Source: Eubacterium sp. UBA3279
Lineage (GTDB): Bacteria > Bacillota > Clostridia > Lachnospirales > Lachnospiraceae
Direction: 5' to 3'
Assembly (NCBI GenBank): GCA_002361775.1
Contig: DETV01000048.1
Location: forward strand, 2,186 to 66,185
DNA length: 64,000 bases
The notes below the pieces were generated by a model. It did no database searches and was not told the origin of the DNA. It worked only from the letters and a program-made list of their open reading frames with translations. The position numbers and the translations under genes were made by a program. Of this stretch, positions 34,046 to 44,155 are shown piece by piece. The stretch's first letter is position 1. Every line of letters begins with the position of its first letter.

Positions 34046-34074
34046 ATTATAAAGGAAACCCCCGAAAATGTCAA
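34046..34074 (-). promoter_or_regulatory. Sigma-A promoter of greA-lysS
   Basis: Perfect TTGACA-N17-TATAAT. Confidence 0.85.
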
Positions 34075-34120
34075 CCATTCCAGCGGTTTCCTCTGTTTTT
34101 TTTAATAGTTTTTTATTGCT

Positions 34121-35083
34121 TTAAACTTCCCAGTGTTCCAGCAGATCAAACAACTGTTTCATGGTTTCAATCTCATTGACAGCTCCTCTCAGCCGGGCTG
34201 AATGGGGGAAGCCTGCCGTATACCAGGCCACGTGTTTCCGCATCTCCCGCATCCCGGTATATTCTCCTTTATAGTGAAGCTGAAGCTCTGCATGACGGCG
34301 AATCATCTTCTTTACTTCTTCCAGCGTGGGACGGGGAAGTAATTCCCCTGTTTCCAGATAATGAGGGATTTCGTGGAATATCCAGGGATTTCCCTGAGCA
34401 GCTCTTCCCACCATAATTCCATCACATCCGGTCTCTTCCACCAGTTTTTGAGCCTTACGGGGCGAATCCACATCTCCATTTCCTATCACAGGAATTGATA
34501 CTGCTTCTTTTACCTGACGGATAATATCCCAATCTGCCTTTCCGGAATAATACTGTTCCCTCGTCCTTCCATGAACGGCTATTGCGGCAGCGCCGCTGTC
34601 TTCTATAATCCTGGCTATTTCTACCGCATTAACAGAATCTTCTGTAAATCCTTTCCGGATTTTTACTGTCAACGGCTTTTTTATGGCCTTAGATACGGCT
34701 GTGACAATCTCCCGCACCAATTTGGGATTTTTCATCAGCGCAGAGCCTTCCTGGTTATTTACCACTTTAGGAACGGGACATCCCATATTGATATCCAGAA
34801 TATCAAACGGTTTTTCTTCGATTCTTTTCGCCATTTCACTCATGATCACCGGATCCGATCCAAAAAGCTGAAGAGATACGGGACGTTCTTCCGGCTCTAT
34901 CTTCATCAGGGTTTCAGTATTTTTATTGTTATAATAAATTGCTTTTGCACTGACCATCTCCATGCACAGCAATCCTGCTCCCTGTTCTTTACAAAGCAGA
35001 CGAAATGGCAGGTCGGTTACTCCTGCCATCGGCGCCAGAATCACATTGTTTGGTAAAATCACATTTCCGATCTGAAGCTTCAT
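34121..35083 (-). CDS. dusB: tRNA-dihydrouridine synthase B
   Basis: LAPMAGVTD, DINMGCP, AVHGRTREQYYSG, IGNGD. Confidence 0.93.
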   Translation of the reverse strand: MKLQIGNVILPNNVILAPMAGVTDLPFRLLCKEQGAGLLCMEMVSAKAIYYNNKNTETLMKIEPEERPVSLQLFGSDPVIMSEMAKRIEEKPFDILDINMGCPVPKVVNNQEGSALMKNPKLVREIVTAVSKAIKKPLTVKIRKGFTEDSVNAVEIARIIEDSGAAAIAVHGRTREQYYSGKADWDIIRQVKEAVSIPVIGNGDVDSPRKAQKLVEETGCDGIMVGRAAQGNPWIFHEIPHYLETGELLPRPTLEEVKKMIRRHAELQLHYKGEYTGMREMRKHVAWYTAGFPHSARLRGAVNEIETMKQLFDLLEHWEV

Positions 35084-35427
35084 TCTTCTGCTCCCTCTTC
35101 AATCTCTTCTCCCAGAAAAAACACTTTATAATATAATTCCAGTGCCTCCAGCAGTTCTGTTTTCGTTTTCTGAAGTTCCTTGATACGCAGCACACTTCCT
35201 ATATCATCATACATGGCGTCTGCTTCCAAAGCTTCTGTTTTAAACTGCAGACTGCCCTCCTCATCAAATTCCAGTGTGAGAATACCCCCAATTTCCTCCG
35301 TATACATCACACACATGATCTGAAGTTCTTCCTTCACCTGTTCCGGCAGAGCCGAAAAATCCTGATTAAAATAATATTTCTGTTCGTAAGCGCTGGCTCC
35401 GCAAAGTACAATTTTATCTGAATACAT
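35080..35427 (-). CDS. DUF6145-like conserved Clostridia protein
   Basis: VLCGASAYEQKYYFN; usual position between birA and dusB. Confidence 0.65.
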   Translation of the reverse strand: MYSDKIVLCGASAYEQKYYFNQDFSALPEQVKEELQIMCVMYTEEIGGILTLEFDEEGSLQFKTEALEADAMYDDIGSVLRIKELQKTKTELLEALELYYKVFFLGEEIEEGAEE

Positions 35428-35442
35428 GAATTCTCCCTTTCT

Positions 35443-36447
35443 TTAGACGTAACTGTAAAGTCCACGGACAGATACTTCTCCGGCATAGACCTGCTCTATC
35501 CTGTGATCTTCTCGTTCTACCAGAAGTTCGCCCATCTTATTGATTCCTCTTGCTATTCCCGTATATTCTTTTCCCGGTTCTAATACTTTTACCGGCTGTT
35601 GACAATTTGCCGACACTGCCTCGTACTCTTCTAACAACCCGGATAAATCCTGTGTTTTTTCAAAAATAGCATAATTATCCTCAAATCTTTTCATAATCTG
35701 CGCAATCAATTCTGCCCGGTTTACGGAATGACCAAGCTCTGCCTGAAGTGAAGTTGCTTTATCCTGCAATTCTTCCGGAAATTCTCCGGTATTGACATTG
35801 ATTCCCACACCGATTACCAGATATTCTATATAATCGATTTGAGCGCTCATTTCTGTAAGTATTCCCACCAGTTTTTTTCGATTCAACACCACATCATTAG
35901 GCCACTTGATCTGTACCTTCTGCGTACATTTTTCAGAATCCAGAATTTTTTGAACAGCCTGTGCCACCGACAATCCCATTACCAGTGTAAGCATGGAAGC
36001 TCTCTGAGGAAGGATGTCCGGGCGCATCAAAAGGGTCATATAAACCGATGAGCCTTTTGGCGATTCCCATACTCTTCCCCGTCTTCCTTTTCCCTTCTTC
36101 TGACAGTCTGCAACCACCAGGGTACCGGAAACAGCTCCTTCCTCCGCCAGCTTTTTCGCCTGTGTATTAGTGGAATCTGTTTCTTCCTGAAAATATACTT
36201 CCTTTCCTGCCCACTTCGTGGTCAGGCGGCTTTTTATCTCACTTTCTCCCAGCACATCCGGCACATCAACCAGGCAGTATCCCTTATTCTGTACTGCCTG
36301 AATCTGATATCCTTCTTCTTTTAGCTGTTTCATATATTTCCACACAGCGGTACGGGAAACACCCAGTTTTTCACACAACTCCTGCCCCGACAAATAGCCT
36401 TTTTCGCTGCGCAAAAGCTTTAAAATTTTTGTTTTTGTAGATTCCAT
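35443..36447 (-). CDS. birA: Bifunctional biotin ligase / repressor
   Basis: N-terminal HTH, QKKGKGRRGRVW, KWPND, GIGINV. Confidence 0.95.
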   Translation of the reverse strand: MESTKTKILKLLRSEKGYLSGQELCEKLGVSRTAVWKYMKQLKEEGYQIQAVQNKGYCLVDVPDVLGESEIKSRLTTKWAGKEVYFQEETDSTNTQAKKLAEEGAVSGTLVVADCQKKGKGRRGRVWESPKGSSVYMTLLMRPDILPQRASMLTLVMGLSVAQAVQKILDSEKCTQKVQIKWPNDVVLNRKKLVGILTEMSAQIDYIEYLVIGVGINVNTGEFPEELQDKATSLQAELGHSVNRAELIAQIMKRFEDNYAIFEKTQDLSGLLEEYEAVSANCQQPVKVLEPGKEYTGIARGINKMGELLVEREDHRIEQVYAGEVSVRGLYSYV

Positions 36448-36450
36448 GAA

Positions 36451-37440
36451 TCATGCTCCTAAAGTGGCTGCCATCACTGCTTTAATCGTATGCATTCTGT
36501 TCTCCGCTTCTTCAAACACCTTCGACTGAGCAGAACGAAATACCTCATCTGTTACTTCCATCTCTGTCAGATGAAATTTTTCTCCTATTTCTTTTCCAAT
36601 TTCTGTTTTCAGATCATGGAAAGAGGGGAGACAATGAAGGAAGATTGCCTGGCTGCCTGCTTGTTTCATCACCTCTCCGGTTACTTTGTAGGGACTTAAT
36701 TCCCGGATTCTTTCTTCCCAGATCTCATCCGGTTCTCCCATAGATACCCACACATCTGTGCAGATCACATCTGCTCCCTTTACCGCCTCGGCAACATTTT
36801 CTGTCAAAGTAATCGTTGCTCCTGATTCTTTCCCAAATTCTTCACATTCTTTCACCAATTCCTGATCAGGAAAATACTTTTTCGGCGCGCAGGCCACAAA
36901 ATTCATTCCCATTTTTGTACAGGCAATCATGTAAGAATTTCCCATATTGTAACGGGCATCTCCCATATAGACCAGCTTGATCCCCTTAATTCTTCCAAAG
37001 TTTTCTTTGATCGTCAGCATATCCGCCAGCATCTGTGTAGGATGGTATTCATTTGTCAGTCCATTCCACACGGGAACATCTGCATATTTAGCCAGTTCTT
37101 CCACAATCTCCTGTCCAAATCCACGATACTCGATCCCGTCAAACATACTTCCTAAAACCCTTGCACTGTCTTCAATACTCTCTTTCTTTCCAAACTGAGA
37201 GCTTTTAGGATCCAGATAAGTAGTTCCCATGCCCAGATCATGAGCTGCAATTTCAAAAGAACATCTTGTACGGGTACTTGTCTTTTCAAAAATCAAAGCA
37301 ACATTTTTTCCCCGCAGGGTGTCTACCAGAATTCCTTTTTTCTTTTTTTCTTTCAATTGAGCCGCCAGCTCCAGAAGATAAGTAATTTCCTCTGTGGTAT
37401 AATCTTTCAATGTCAGAAAATCTCTTCCTTTTAAGTTCAT
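36451..37440 (-). CDS. argF: Ornithine carbamoyltransferase
   Basis: STRTR, HPTQ, DVWVSMG, HCLP. Confidence 0.95.
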   Translation of the reverse strand: MNLKGRDFLTLKDYTTEEITYLLELAAQLKEKKKKGILVDTLRGKNVALIFEKTSTRTRCSFEIAAHDLGMGTTYLDPKSSQFGKKESIEDSARVLGSMFDGIEYRGFGQEIVEELAKYADVPVWNGLTNEYHPTQMLADMLTIKENFGRIKGIKLVYMGDARYNMGNSYMIACTKMGMNFVACAPKKYFPDQELVKECEEFGKESGATITLTENVAEAVKGADVICTDVWVSMGEPDEIWEERIRELSPYKVTGEVMKQAGSQAIFLHCLPSFHDLKTEIGKEIGEKFHLTEMEVTDEVFRSAQSKVFEEAENRMHTIKAVMAATLGA

Positions 37441-37484
37441 TTTTTCATTCCTCCTCCTGGTTCTTTATGGGTTCATATGGAAAT

Positions 37485-38651
37485 TCATGCCAAAAACCAT
37501 ACAAATACCGGTAACTCCTCACTTTTCTCAGGACTCATCCTGAGTAATCGGTTTTTGACTTCTTCCCTGAGTTCCTCCACCGTATATACACGATATTTGG
37601 GAACACGGCAAATCTTTGCAGTTGCCTCCAATATTGCCAGATATAACTCTTTATAGGTCCATTCTCTGGAAAGTTTCAACTCCATGGCAACTCCTGGCAG
37701 TACTTTTTCCACAAAAGCCCTGATCCTGCCCTCTTCTTTTTCCCAGGTGTGGTACCATTCCAACAGTCTGTCTCTGGCCTCTTCCGGTATTTGCAACAAT
37801 TTTCTTAAATAATAGCACTCTTCCTCATTTTCTTCAATATAATATATTTTTCCTTTTAAACCATAAATCATCCTTTGCGCGTCATAATACCCTATTTTCA
37901 TATTACGTCTGCTTTTTTCAGGATTAAAATCAATGATATTCCCCAGATTGACTCTTGGTTCTATAGTGAAAATCTGTGTACCCTCCGGAATTTTTACTCT
38001 TTTTTCTCTTCCGATCCCAAAAATCCGGATCATAATAATATCCTGATATCCCCGGTCTACTAATGAATCCAGCGGTACATTGTTAATGGCGCCTCCATCG
38101 ATATATTTCCTTCCATGAAGTTTTTCATTTTTAAATAATGGATAGATATACGCGCTTGCCAAAAGAAGATCTTTCATATACCCTGGCTCTACCCTTCTCA
38201 AATCAATATCCAGTTCCTTCAGCTCGTCCACACTGAACGTTTTAATATACAGTTCTACAGGAGAATTCCGGATTTTTTCTTCATCCACCACTTCCAGAAT
38301 CAGATTTTTTAACGGGGTAATATCCAATCCCCCTTCTCCCATTTTCTTTGCCACATCACTGAGAGCCTCCCAAAAAGGCGTATCCCCTTCCAACAGCCGC
38401 TCCATTTTCTGGTCTTCCACATCCATCACCTGAGAATAAGTCAGATGACTCCAGACTCTTTCTGCTCTCTCCAGATCATCCATGCACATCATGGCTCCAT
38501 TTAAGGCTCCCACGCTTGTTCCTGCAATCCCTTTTATCTTTATTCCCGCTTCTTTCAGAGCCTGCCAGGCGCCTACCTGATATGCGCCTTTGGCTCCTCC
38601 GCCCTCCAATACAATCCCATATTCTTTATCCAAATCAATTATCGGCTGCAT
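37485..38651 (-). CDS. Patatin-like phospholipase
   Basis: GGGAKG, GTSVG, DGG. Confidence 0.9.
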   Translation of the reverse strand: MQPIIDLDKEYGIVLEGGGAKGAYQVGAWQALKEAGIKIKGIAGTSVGALNGAMMCMDDLERAERVWSHLTYSQVMDVEDQKMERLLEGDTPFWEALSDVAKKMGEGGLDITPLKNLILEVVDEEKIRNSPVELYIKTFSVDELKELDIDLRRVEPGYMKDLLLASAYIYPLFKNEKLHGRKYIDGGAINNVPLDSLVDRGYQDIIMIRIFGIGREKRVKIPEGTQIFTIEPRVNLGNIIDFNPEKSRRNMKIGYYDAQRMIYGLKGKIYYIEENEEECYYLRKLLQIPEEARDRLLEWYHTWEKEEGRIRAFVEKVLPGVAMELKLSREWTYKELYLAILEATAKICRVPKYRVYTVEELREEVKNRLLRMSPEKSEELPVFVWFLA

Positions 38652-38705
38652 ATTTTCTCCTCTCTGCTTTCTTCTATCCTATGTCCTTTTCCTTATACTT
38701 ATGTC

Positions 38706-38749
38706 AAAACAGGGCTGCGGAAACATATTCACCCTGTTTCCCGCAGCCC
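38706..38749 (-). terminator. Terminator-like hairpin after nfeD-SPFH
   Basis: GGGCTGCGG+AAACA stem, GTTTT tail on minus strand. Confidence 0.6.
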
Positions 38750-38765
38750 CCTTGCAGCTTTCTCT

Positions 38766-39692
38766 TTAATTTTTATCAGTCATAATCTCTTTCAATGATG
38801 TGGCCAGACTTGCCAGACCCTGAATATCTGACGGAACAATAATCTTAGTGGCTTTTCCTTCTGCCATCTGGCCCAGCGCTTCCAGACTCTTCAATGTCAG
38901 TACGGCTTCATCTGCTCCCGCTTCTTTCAGGAAACGAATACCGTCTGCATTTGCCTGCTGCACTTTCAGGATAGCTTCCGCTTCACCTTCTGCTTCTTTG
39001 ATCATCTTTTCTTTTTCAGCTTCTGCCCGAAGAATGGCAGCCTGTTTCTCAGCTTCTGCGTCCAGAATAGCAGAAGCTTTTTTACCTTCCGCCACCAGGA
39101 TAGTAGATTTCTTCTCTCCTTCTGCGATCAGAATAGATTCCCGTCGTTCTCTCTCTGCTTTCATCTGCTTCTCCATGGCTTCCTGAATTGCTGCCGGAGG
39201 CATGATGTTTTTCAATTCTACTCGGTTCACCTTAATTCCCCATGGATCTGTGGCAATATCCAGCGCCGCTCTCATCTTGGTATTAATGATCTCACGGGAT
39301 GTAAGCGTTTCATCCAGTTCCATATCACCGATAATATTACGCAGAGTAGTTGCTGTCAGATTCTCTATTGCCATGATAGGATTTTCCACACCGTAGGCAA
39401 ATAACTTCGGATCTGTAATCTGAAAAAATACAACTGTATCAATCCGCATGGTTACATTATCTTTTGTGATAACCGGCTGAGGCGGAAAATCCACAACCTG
39501 CTCTTTCATATTTACTCTCTTGGCAACCCGGTCAATAAACGGCATTTTAAAATGAATACCCGTATCCCATGTTTCCTGATAAGCTCCCAGTCGTTCCACA
39601 ACAAAAGCCTTCGCCTGAGGAACCACTTTGATACAGGAAAAAACGACCAATATCAATAAAACAAACAGTAATCCCAAAATAACCCAAATCAT
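38766..39692 (-). CDS. SPFH/band 7 (stomatin/QmcA-like) protein
   Basis: VVERLG.Y, QPVITKDNV, DPWGIKVNRVE, QMKAERERR. Confidence 0.92.
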   Translation of the reverse strand: MIWVILGLLFVLLILVVFSCIKVVPQAKAFVVERLGAYQETWDTGIHFKMPFIDRVAKRVNMKEQVVDFPPQPVITKDNVTMRIDTVVFFQITDPKLFAYGVENPIMAIENLTATTLRNIIGDMELDETLTSREIINTKMRAALDIATDPWGIKVNRVELKNIMPPAAIQEAMEKQMKAERERRESILIAEGEKKSTILVAEGKKASAILDAEAEKQAAILRAEAEKEKMIKEAEGEAEAILKVQQANADGIRFLKEAGADEAVLTLKSLEALGQMAEGKATKIIVPSDIQGLASLATSLKEIMTDKN

Positions 39693-39695
39693 ACG

Positions 39696-40130
39696 CTACC
39701 CTTCCTTTCTCCTCACAATAAGTTTTACACCATCAATTTTTTCTACCACCACAACAGTTCCTTTTTCTATATTGGTATGATTATCCATTGCTCTGGCTGT
39801 CCATTCCAGTCCATTGAGCTGCACCTGACCCCGGGCGCTGAGATTATCTATATTCTCAGAAACCACCGCTTCCTTTCCTACCAGACTTTCCACATTCGTT
39901 TTAGTCCGGTTCTTGTTCATAAAACGCATCGCCACAGGTCTGGTAAATATTAAAAGCAAAACAGAAACACCTAAAAACAGAAGCACCTGCACCAATATGC
40001 TGGCATGGAACAAGGCTGCTATACACGCTATCAGGGCTCCTCCGGCAAACCAGATAGTTGTCAGACCCAAAGTTACAATTTCAAAAATCACCAACAAAAT
40101 CACTACTCCCAGCCAGAAAATCGCTTCCAT
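39696..40130 (-). CDS. NfeD-like (YbbJ) membrane protein
   Basis: TM N-terminus, C-terminal OB-fold G.V.L.G..W.A; adjacent to SPFH gene. Confidence 0.88.
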   Translation of the reverse strand: MEAIFWLGVVILLVIFEIVTLGLTTIWFAGGALIACIAALFHASILVQVLLFLGVSVLLLIFTRPVAMRFMNKNRTKTNVESLVGKEAVVSENIDNLSARGQVQLNGLEWTARAMDNHTNIEKGTVVVVEKIDGVKLIVRRKEG

Positions 40131-40261
40131 TATTCTCCCTCCTTTGCTCTGGATTCAAAATATTTGTGATTAATTTATCATACACCATTTTTTCTGAAAA
40201 TACAATATTTTATATGAAAATGTCCTTTCAGTTTTCTTACATTTTCTTTTTATTTTGTAAC

Positions 40262-40320
40262 AAAAACAGGAAGATTATACGAACGGGAATTTCATTCCTG
40301 TCTGTATAATCTTCCTGTTT
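40262..40320 (-). terminator. Long hairpin terminator
   Basis: AAACAGGAAGATTATAC/GTATAATCTTCCTGTTT 17-bp stem. Confidence 0.75.
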
Positions 40321-40403
40321 TCTTTGCATATCTGCTTACTCCGAAAGCTGATTTTCTGAGTTTCCTGCAGTTATACATCTTTTATATACAATACTCCACA
40401 CTC

Positions 40404-41360
40404 TTAATAAAAATGCTGGTTTCCAATCTGAATTCCTCTTCCGCTTCCACTGTTAAAGTAAAGCGCTCCTCCAATAGGATTGGAACCATTCAAAGCTTCC
40501 TGAGCTGCCTGATAACAGTCGCTTCTTGCGCCCTGGCTTAATACAGAAGCTAAAATACCGCTGGCTACCGGCGAAAACTGTCCGCTCTGGTAAACCACAT
40601 CCGTAATCGTATTCGGGAATCTTCCGTCTCTTACACGATTCATGATTACTGCTCCTACAGCAACCTTTCCTGTATGACTTTCTCCTCCTGCTTCGCACTG
40701 AATGATCGCAGCCAGAAGATCCATTTCACCGCTTCCTGCATTTACAACTGCGCCTGTTGCCTGCTGCTCCTTATATTCCTCCATCGTAATGGCGGTTGCT
40801 TCCCCTATTTCAATATATTCTGCCGCCACATACGCTTCATTGTTTCCGTGATGAATCCGATACCAGTCTCCCTCCTGGCTGAGGATTTCTACAGTACTTC
40901 CTTTCTTTTTGGAACCAATCTGATTTCCCTCCAGAGAAGGAGTATTTCTTACCCGAAGAGAACTTGCCGTTACGGTTCCCTGATTACCGTACGTTTCTTC
41001 GTAAATATTTTTAGCTTCTTCAGCAAAAGCCAACAATTCTGTTTTCACGTAACCTTCTACTTCGCCGGAAGAAACTTTTGTCCATTCTCCTTCCTGCTCT
41101 ACAACTTCTGCTGCCGCTCCCTTAGGCATAACTCCGGTTTTCTCCGAATCTTCAGAAGCTTCTTCTCTAACATTTGCATAGGTATTAACATTTGCCGCTG
41201 CCCTGGTCTCCCAGGCGCTTGCTTCCAGAACGGAATCAGCAGAATTATCATTCGTAATTTCTGTGGATGTTTCATCTGCCCGTACCAGTGTTCCTGTACC
41301 TGCTGATATTGCCAACACGCCTCCCAGGATACCTGCTACTTTCCAAGTTCTATTTTTCAT
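40404..41360 (-). CDS. SH3b-domain cell wall hydrolase (Hydrolase_2/SleB-like)
   Basis: Signal peptide, two SH3b repeats, LLAAIIQCEAGGE...VGAVIMNRV...YQSGQFSP. Confidence 0.88.
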   Translation of the reverse strand: MKNRTWKVAGILGGVLAISAGTGTLVRADETSTEITNDNSADSVLEASAWETRAAANVNTYANVREEASEDSEKTGVMPKGAAAEVVEQEGEWTKVSSGEVEGYVKTELLAFAEEAKNIYEETYGNQGTVTASSLRVRNTPSLEGNQIGSKKKGSTVEILSQEGDWYRIHHGNNEAYVAAEYIEIGEATAITMEEYKEQQATGAVVNAGSGEMDLLAAIIQCEAGGESHTGKVAVGAVIMNRVRDGRFPNTITDVVYQSGQFSPVASGILASVLSQGARSDCYQAAQEALNGSNPIGGALYFNSGSGRGIQIGNQHFY

Positions 41361-41385
41361 GACTACCTCCTAACATTTTCGTTCT

Positions 41386-41457
41386 CGTTACGATTTGTTA
41401 CATAATTGTTAAATTATGTTACGAATGCATTGTAACAGAATTACGTTTCCCTGTCAA
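41386..41457 (-). promoter_or_regulatory. Sigma-A promoter plus four phased TGTTAC-like repeats (WalR-box-like)
   Basis: TTGACA-N17-TACAAT at 41457-41429; TGTTAC-N5-TGTTAA at 41396-41412 with flanking copies. Confidence 0.6.
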
Positions 41458-41577
41458 CAAATACTTTTCGCCAAAAAATCTCAAAATAAAACTGTTTTTA
41501 TTTTATGTAAACTAAATTGCAAACTGCCATAATACCTATGCTTTCCCGGGTAAAGCCTTTTTTCTTACATTTTTTTC

Positions 41578-41607
41578 AAAAAAAGAAGCCATCACCTGGA
41601 TAGCTCC
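41578..41607 (-). terminator. Intrinsic terminator
   Basis: Minus GGAGCTATC-CAGGT-GATGGCTTC then T-run. Confidence 0.7.
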
Positions 41608-41630
41608 TTTTTGAGATTCAAATATGAACT

Positions 41631-43118
41631 TTATAAAGAAGGTACATCTGTCCTCTTTGGATCCAGAATCTGTGTTGCATCAAATAAATCACTGGTTCTG
41701 TTCTTTTCTCCATGCACATCATTCCACAGGCGATATCCATCCAGATTTCTTCTTCCCTGTCTCACATAATTGTCCCGTATCTGAAGGAAATACTGGGTGG
41801 AATCCACATTACAGTAGAAATGGTATCCCTGTCCTTTCAGGTACTGGAATTTTTCATTATCTCCACTATAATCATGCCAGTCGGATAAATCCTGACCATG
41901 GGCAAAAATAATTGTATCGGTAGCTCCCACCAGAGGTTCTACATAGCTTTTCCACTTGTCTGTATCTGTCTGGATTCTCTCTAAAGAAGCATCTCCGATT
42001 CGGATATGTCCCCATGTATGGCTGGCAAATTCCCAACCATCCGCTTTGATGGCTTCAGCAACTTTTTTTGCTTCCTCACACTCCGTATCCCAATTAAAAT
42101 CAGGATGAGCATCCAGCCATGCCTGCTGATCTGCTGTCAGATTTTCTTTCGTTTTATAGGCAATATCTGTACGATATCCCAAAATGCCGTTGTATCCGGT
42201 CAATGCGATCATTCCTTTTGCTCCTTTATAAGAAGCATCCGGATGTTCTGCAATAAACTGATCCAGTAATGGTACGCAGTCATATGCTCCCGTCACTGTT
42301 GTTCCATCTGCCTGCACATATTCACAGGTTGGTTTTCCATTTTCATCCAGAACAACTTTGCTGGCAATTCCTCTTCCATCATAGCTGTGATAATAACTGA
42401 GGTCATCCAGAGACATGACAAAAGCCTTTTTCCCCTGTGGAAGCTTCAGTTCTGTATTTGGTGTAAAATGCACTGTTCCATCTTCATCTGTTATCTGAAT
42501 AACCAGATCTCTAAGACGTACCAGCACATATCCGTTATCATACATGGCCTGGGTAATCTTATTGAATTCGTCCACTGTTGTCATCCACTGCTTAAATCCT
42601 GCAGATAAACTGTCGTCTCCGGCAAATCCCCGATCAGGATCCACCACCAGAGAGTGGTAGAAAATATGTGTGACTTCATTCATATTCACCGGCACGCAAC
42701 TGTCTTTTGCCGCCTGATATTCTGCCACCTTCGCTGCAATCTCCGAATCTTCCGCTGCTCCCTCCAGACTGTTTAATTTTTCAATTGCCCCATCATAATC
42801 ATAAGTGGCTGCCAGATACGCCGCTTCTTCCATAGCTGCTGTTCTATCCGTTCCCGGCTGTGCTGCCGTATCCTCCGCCGGCTCTGTCTCCTCTTCCGGC
42901 GCTGCTTCCGGTGTCACTTCCGGCGTTACCTCTGTCTGAATATCTTCTTTTTTATCAGATGACTGTGATTCCTGATCTTTTTTCAGAGTGCGTACCAGGA
43001 AAAACACACAGACTCCCAACACCACCAGCAAAAGCACCAGAACCACTGTCTTAATCATCAGGGTACGTTTTTTCTTTTTTTGTTTTAACTCTTTTTTACT
43101 GAGAGATTCCTTACCCAT
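41631..43118 (-). CDS. Membrane-anchored polysaccharide deacetylase family protein
   Basis: N-terminal TM, HIFYHSL, MSLDD, SHTWGH. Confidence 0.8.
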   Translation of the reverse strand: MGKESLSKKELKQKKKKRTLMIKTVVLVLLLVVLGVCVFFLVRTLKKDQESQSSDKKEDIQTEVTPEVTPEAAPEEETEPAEDTAAQPGTDRTAAMEEAAYLAATYDYDGAIEKLNSLEGAAEDSEIAAKVAEYQAAKDSCVPVNMNEVTHIFYHSLVVDPDRGFAGDDSLSAGFKQWMTTVDEFNKITQAMYDNGYVLVRLRDLVIQITDEDGTVHFTPNTELKLPQGKKAFVMSLDDLSYYHSYDGRGIASKVVLDENGKPTCEYVQADGTTVTGAYDCVPLLDQFIAEHPDASYKGAKGMIALTGYNGILGYRTDIAYKTKENLTADQQAWLDAHPDFNWDTECEEAKKVAEAIKADGWEFASHTWGHIRIGDASLERIQTDTDKWKSYVEPLVGATDTIIFAHGQDLSDWHDYSGDNEKFQYLKGQGYHFYCNVDSTQYFLQIRDNYVRQGRRNLDGYRLWNDVHGEKNRTSDLFDATQILDPKRTDVPSL

Positions 43119-43211
43119 CCTTTATACTCCTTTCCTTAAACATCAAAATACATTTTTCTTCTATAGATTGTAGCAAATCCTTTCCGGAATGTCGACATCT
43201 TTCCCGGTTCT

Positions 43212-44003
43212 TTATAATTTTGTAAGACTTCTCCTCTGCCGAAATGCTTCATACATAAGAACTGCTGCCGCCACTCCTGCATTCAGAGACTCCAACTGTC
43301 CTTCCATGGGAATTTTGATCCATTTTGACGCCATTTGCGACAAATGTTCCGACAGCCCATTTCCTTCATTTCCAATAAGAAATGCGCTTCCACCCCGATA
43401 ATCTTCTTCGTCATAATATTTTTTCCCCTGCAAATGAGCCGCATAAGAAATAATTCCCTGGGATGCAAACCACCCCATGGCTTCTTCGGTATCTTCTACG
43501 CATACGAAAGGCATCCGGTAAATTGAGCCCATTGTAGAACGTATCGTTTTGGGATTGTAAATATCCACACATTTTTTCGTCATAATAATACCGGTAACAC
43601 CGGCTCCCTCCGCCGTACGAAAAATTGTTCCCACGTTTCCCGGATCCTGCAAATCTTCCAGCAAAAGAAAAAGAGGAGAGTCACTGAGATTTTTCCATTG
43701 TTCCAGGGTATGCTCCTGCTGCTTTACCACTGTAAGGATTCCCTGAGGAGTCAGTGTATCGCTCATCTGTGTAAAAACAGCATCTTTTACCACCTCATAA
43801 GAAATCCCCTGCAATATCTCCCGGTGGTCTTCTGTCTCCAGAAAGCTTTCCGCCACATACGTTTTCACCAGACGATCTTTGGGAGCTTCACTGAACATCT
43901 TCAACCCTTCCACCAGGAATACTCCCTGTTTTTTCCGTTCTCTGGACTTTTTATTTAACTGTATGATCTGCTTGACCTGCGAGTTCGAAGCACTGGTAAT
44001 CAT
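43212..44003 (-). CDS. TrmH/SpoU RNA methyltransferase
   Basis: Start MITSASN at 44003; LQDPGNVGTIFRTA, GNEGNG, ESLNAGVAA. Confidence 0.92.
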   Translation of the reverse strand: MITSASNSQVKQIIQLNKKSRERKKQGVFLVEGLKMFSEAPKDRLVKTYVAESFLETEDHREILQGISYEVVKDAVFTQMSDTLTPQGILTVVKQQEHTLEQWKNLSDSPLFLLLEDLQDPGNVGTIFRTAEGAGVTGIIMTKKCVDIYNPKTIRSTMGSIYRMPFVCVEDTEEAMGWFASQGIISYAAHLQGKKYYDEEDYRGGSAFLIGNEGNGLSEHLSQMASKWIKIPMEGQLESLNAGVAAAVLMYEAFRQRRSLTKL

Positions 44004-44155
44004 AGTATTTCCGCCTTTCTTATTTTCATTCTGTGTACTGTATACTCTGGATTTATGTCTGAGATAAAAACAGCGGCATACCACATATCCGGCACACCGC
44101 TGACTGTTTTTCTGGGTAACTATTCTTTTGTTTCCAGGCAATTACAGCCCTGTCT

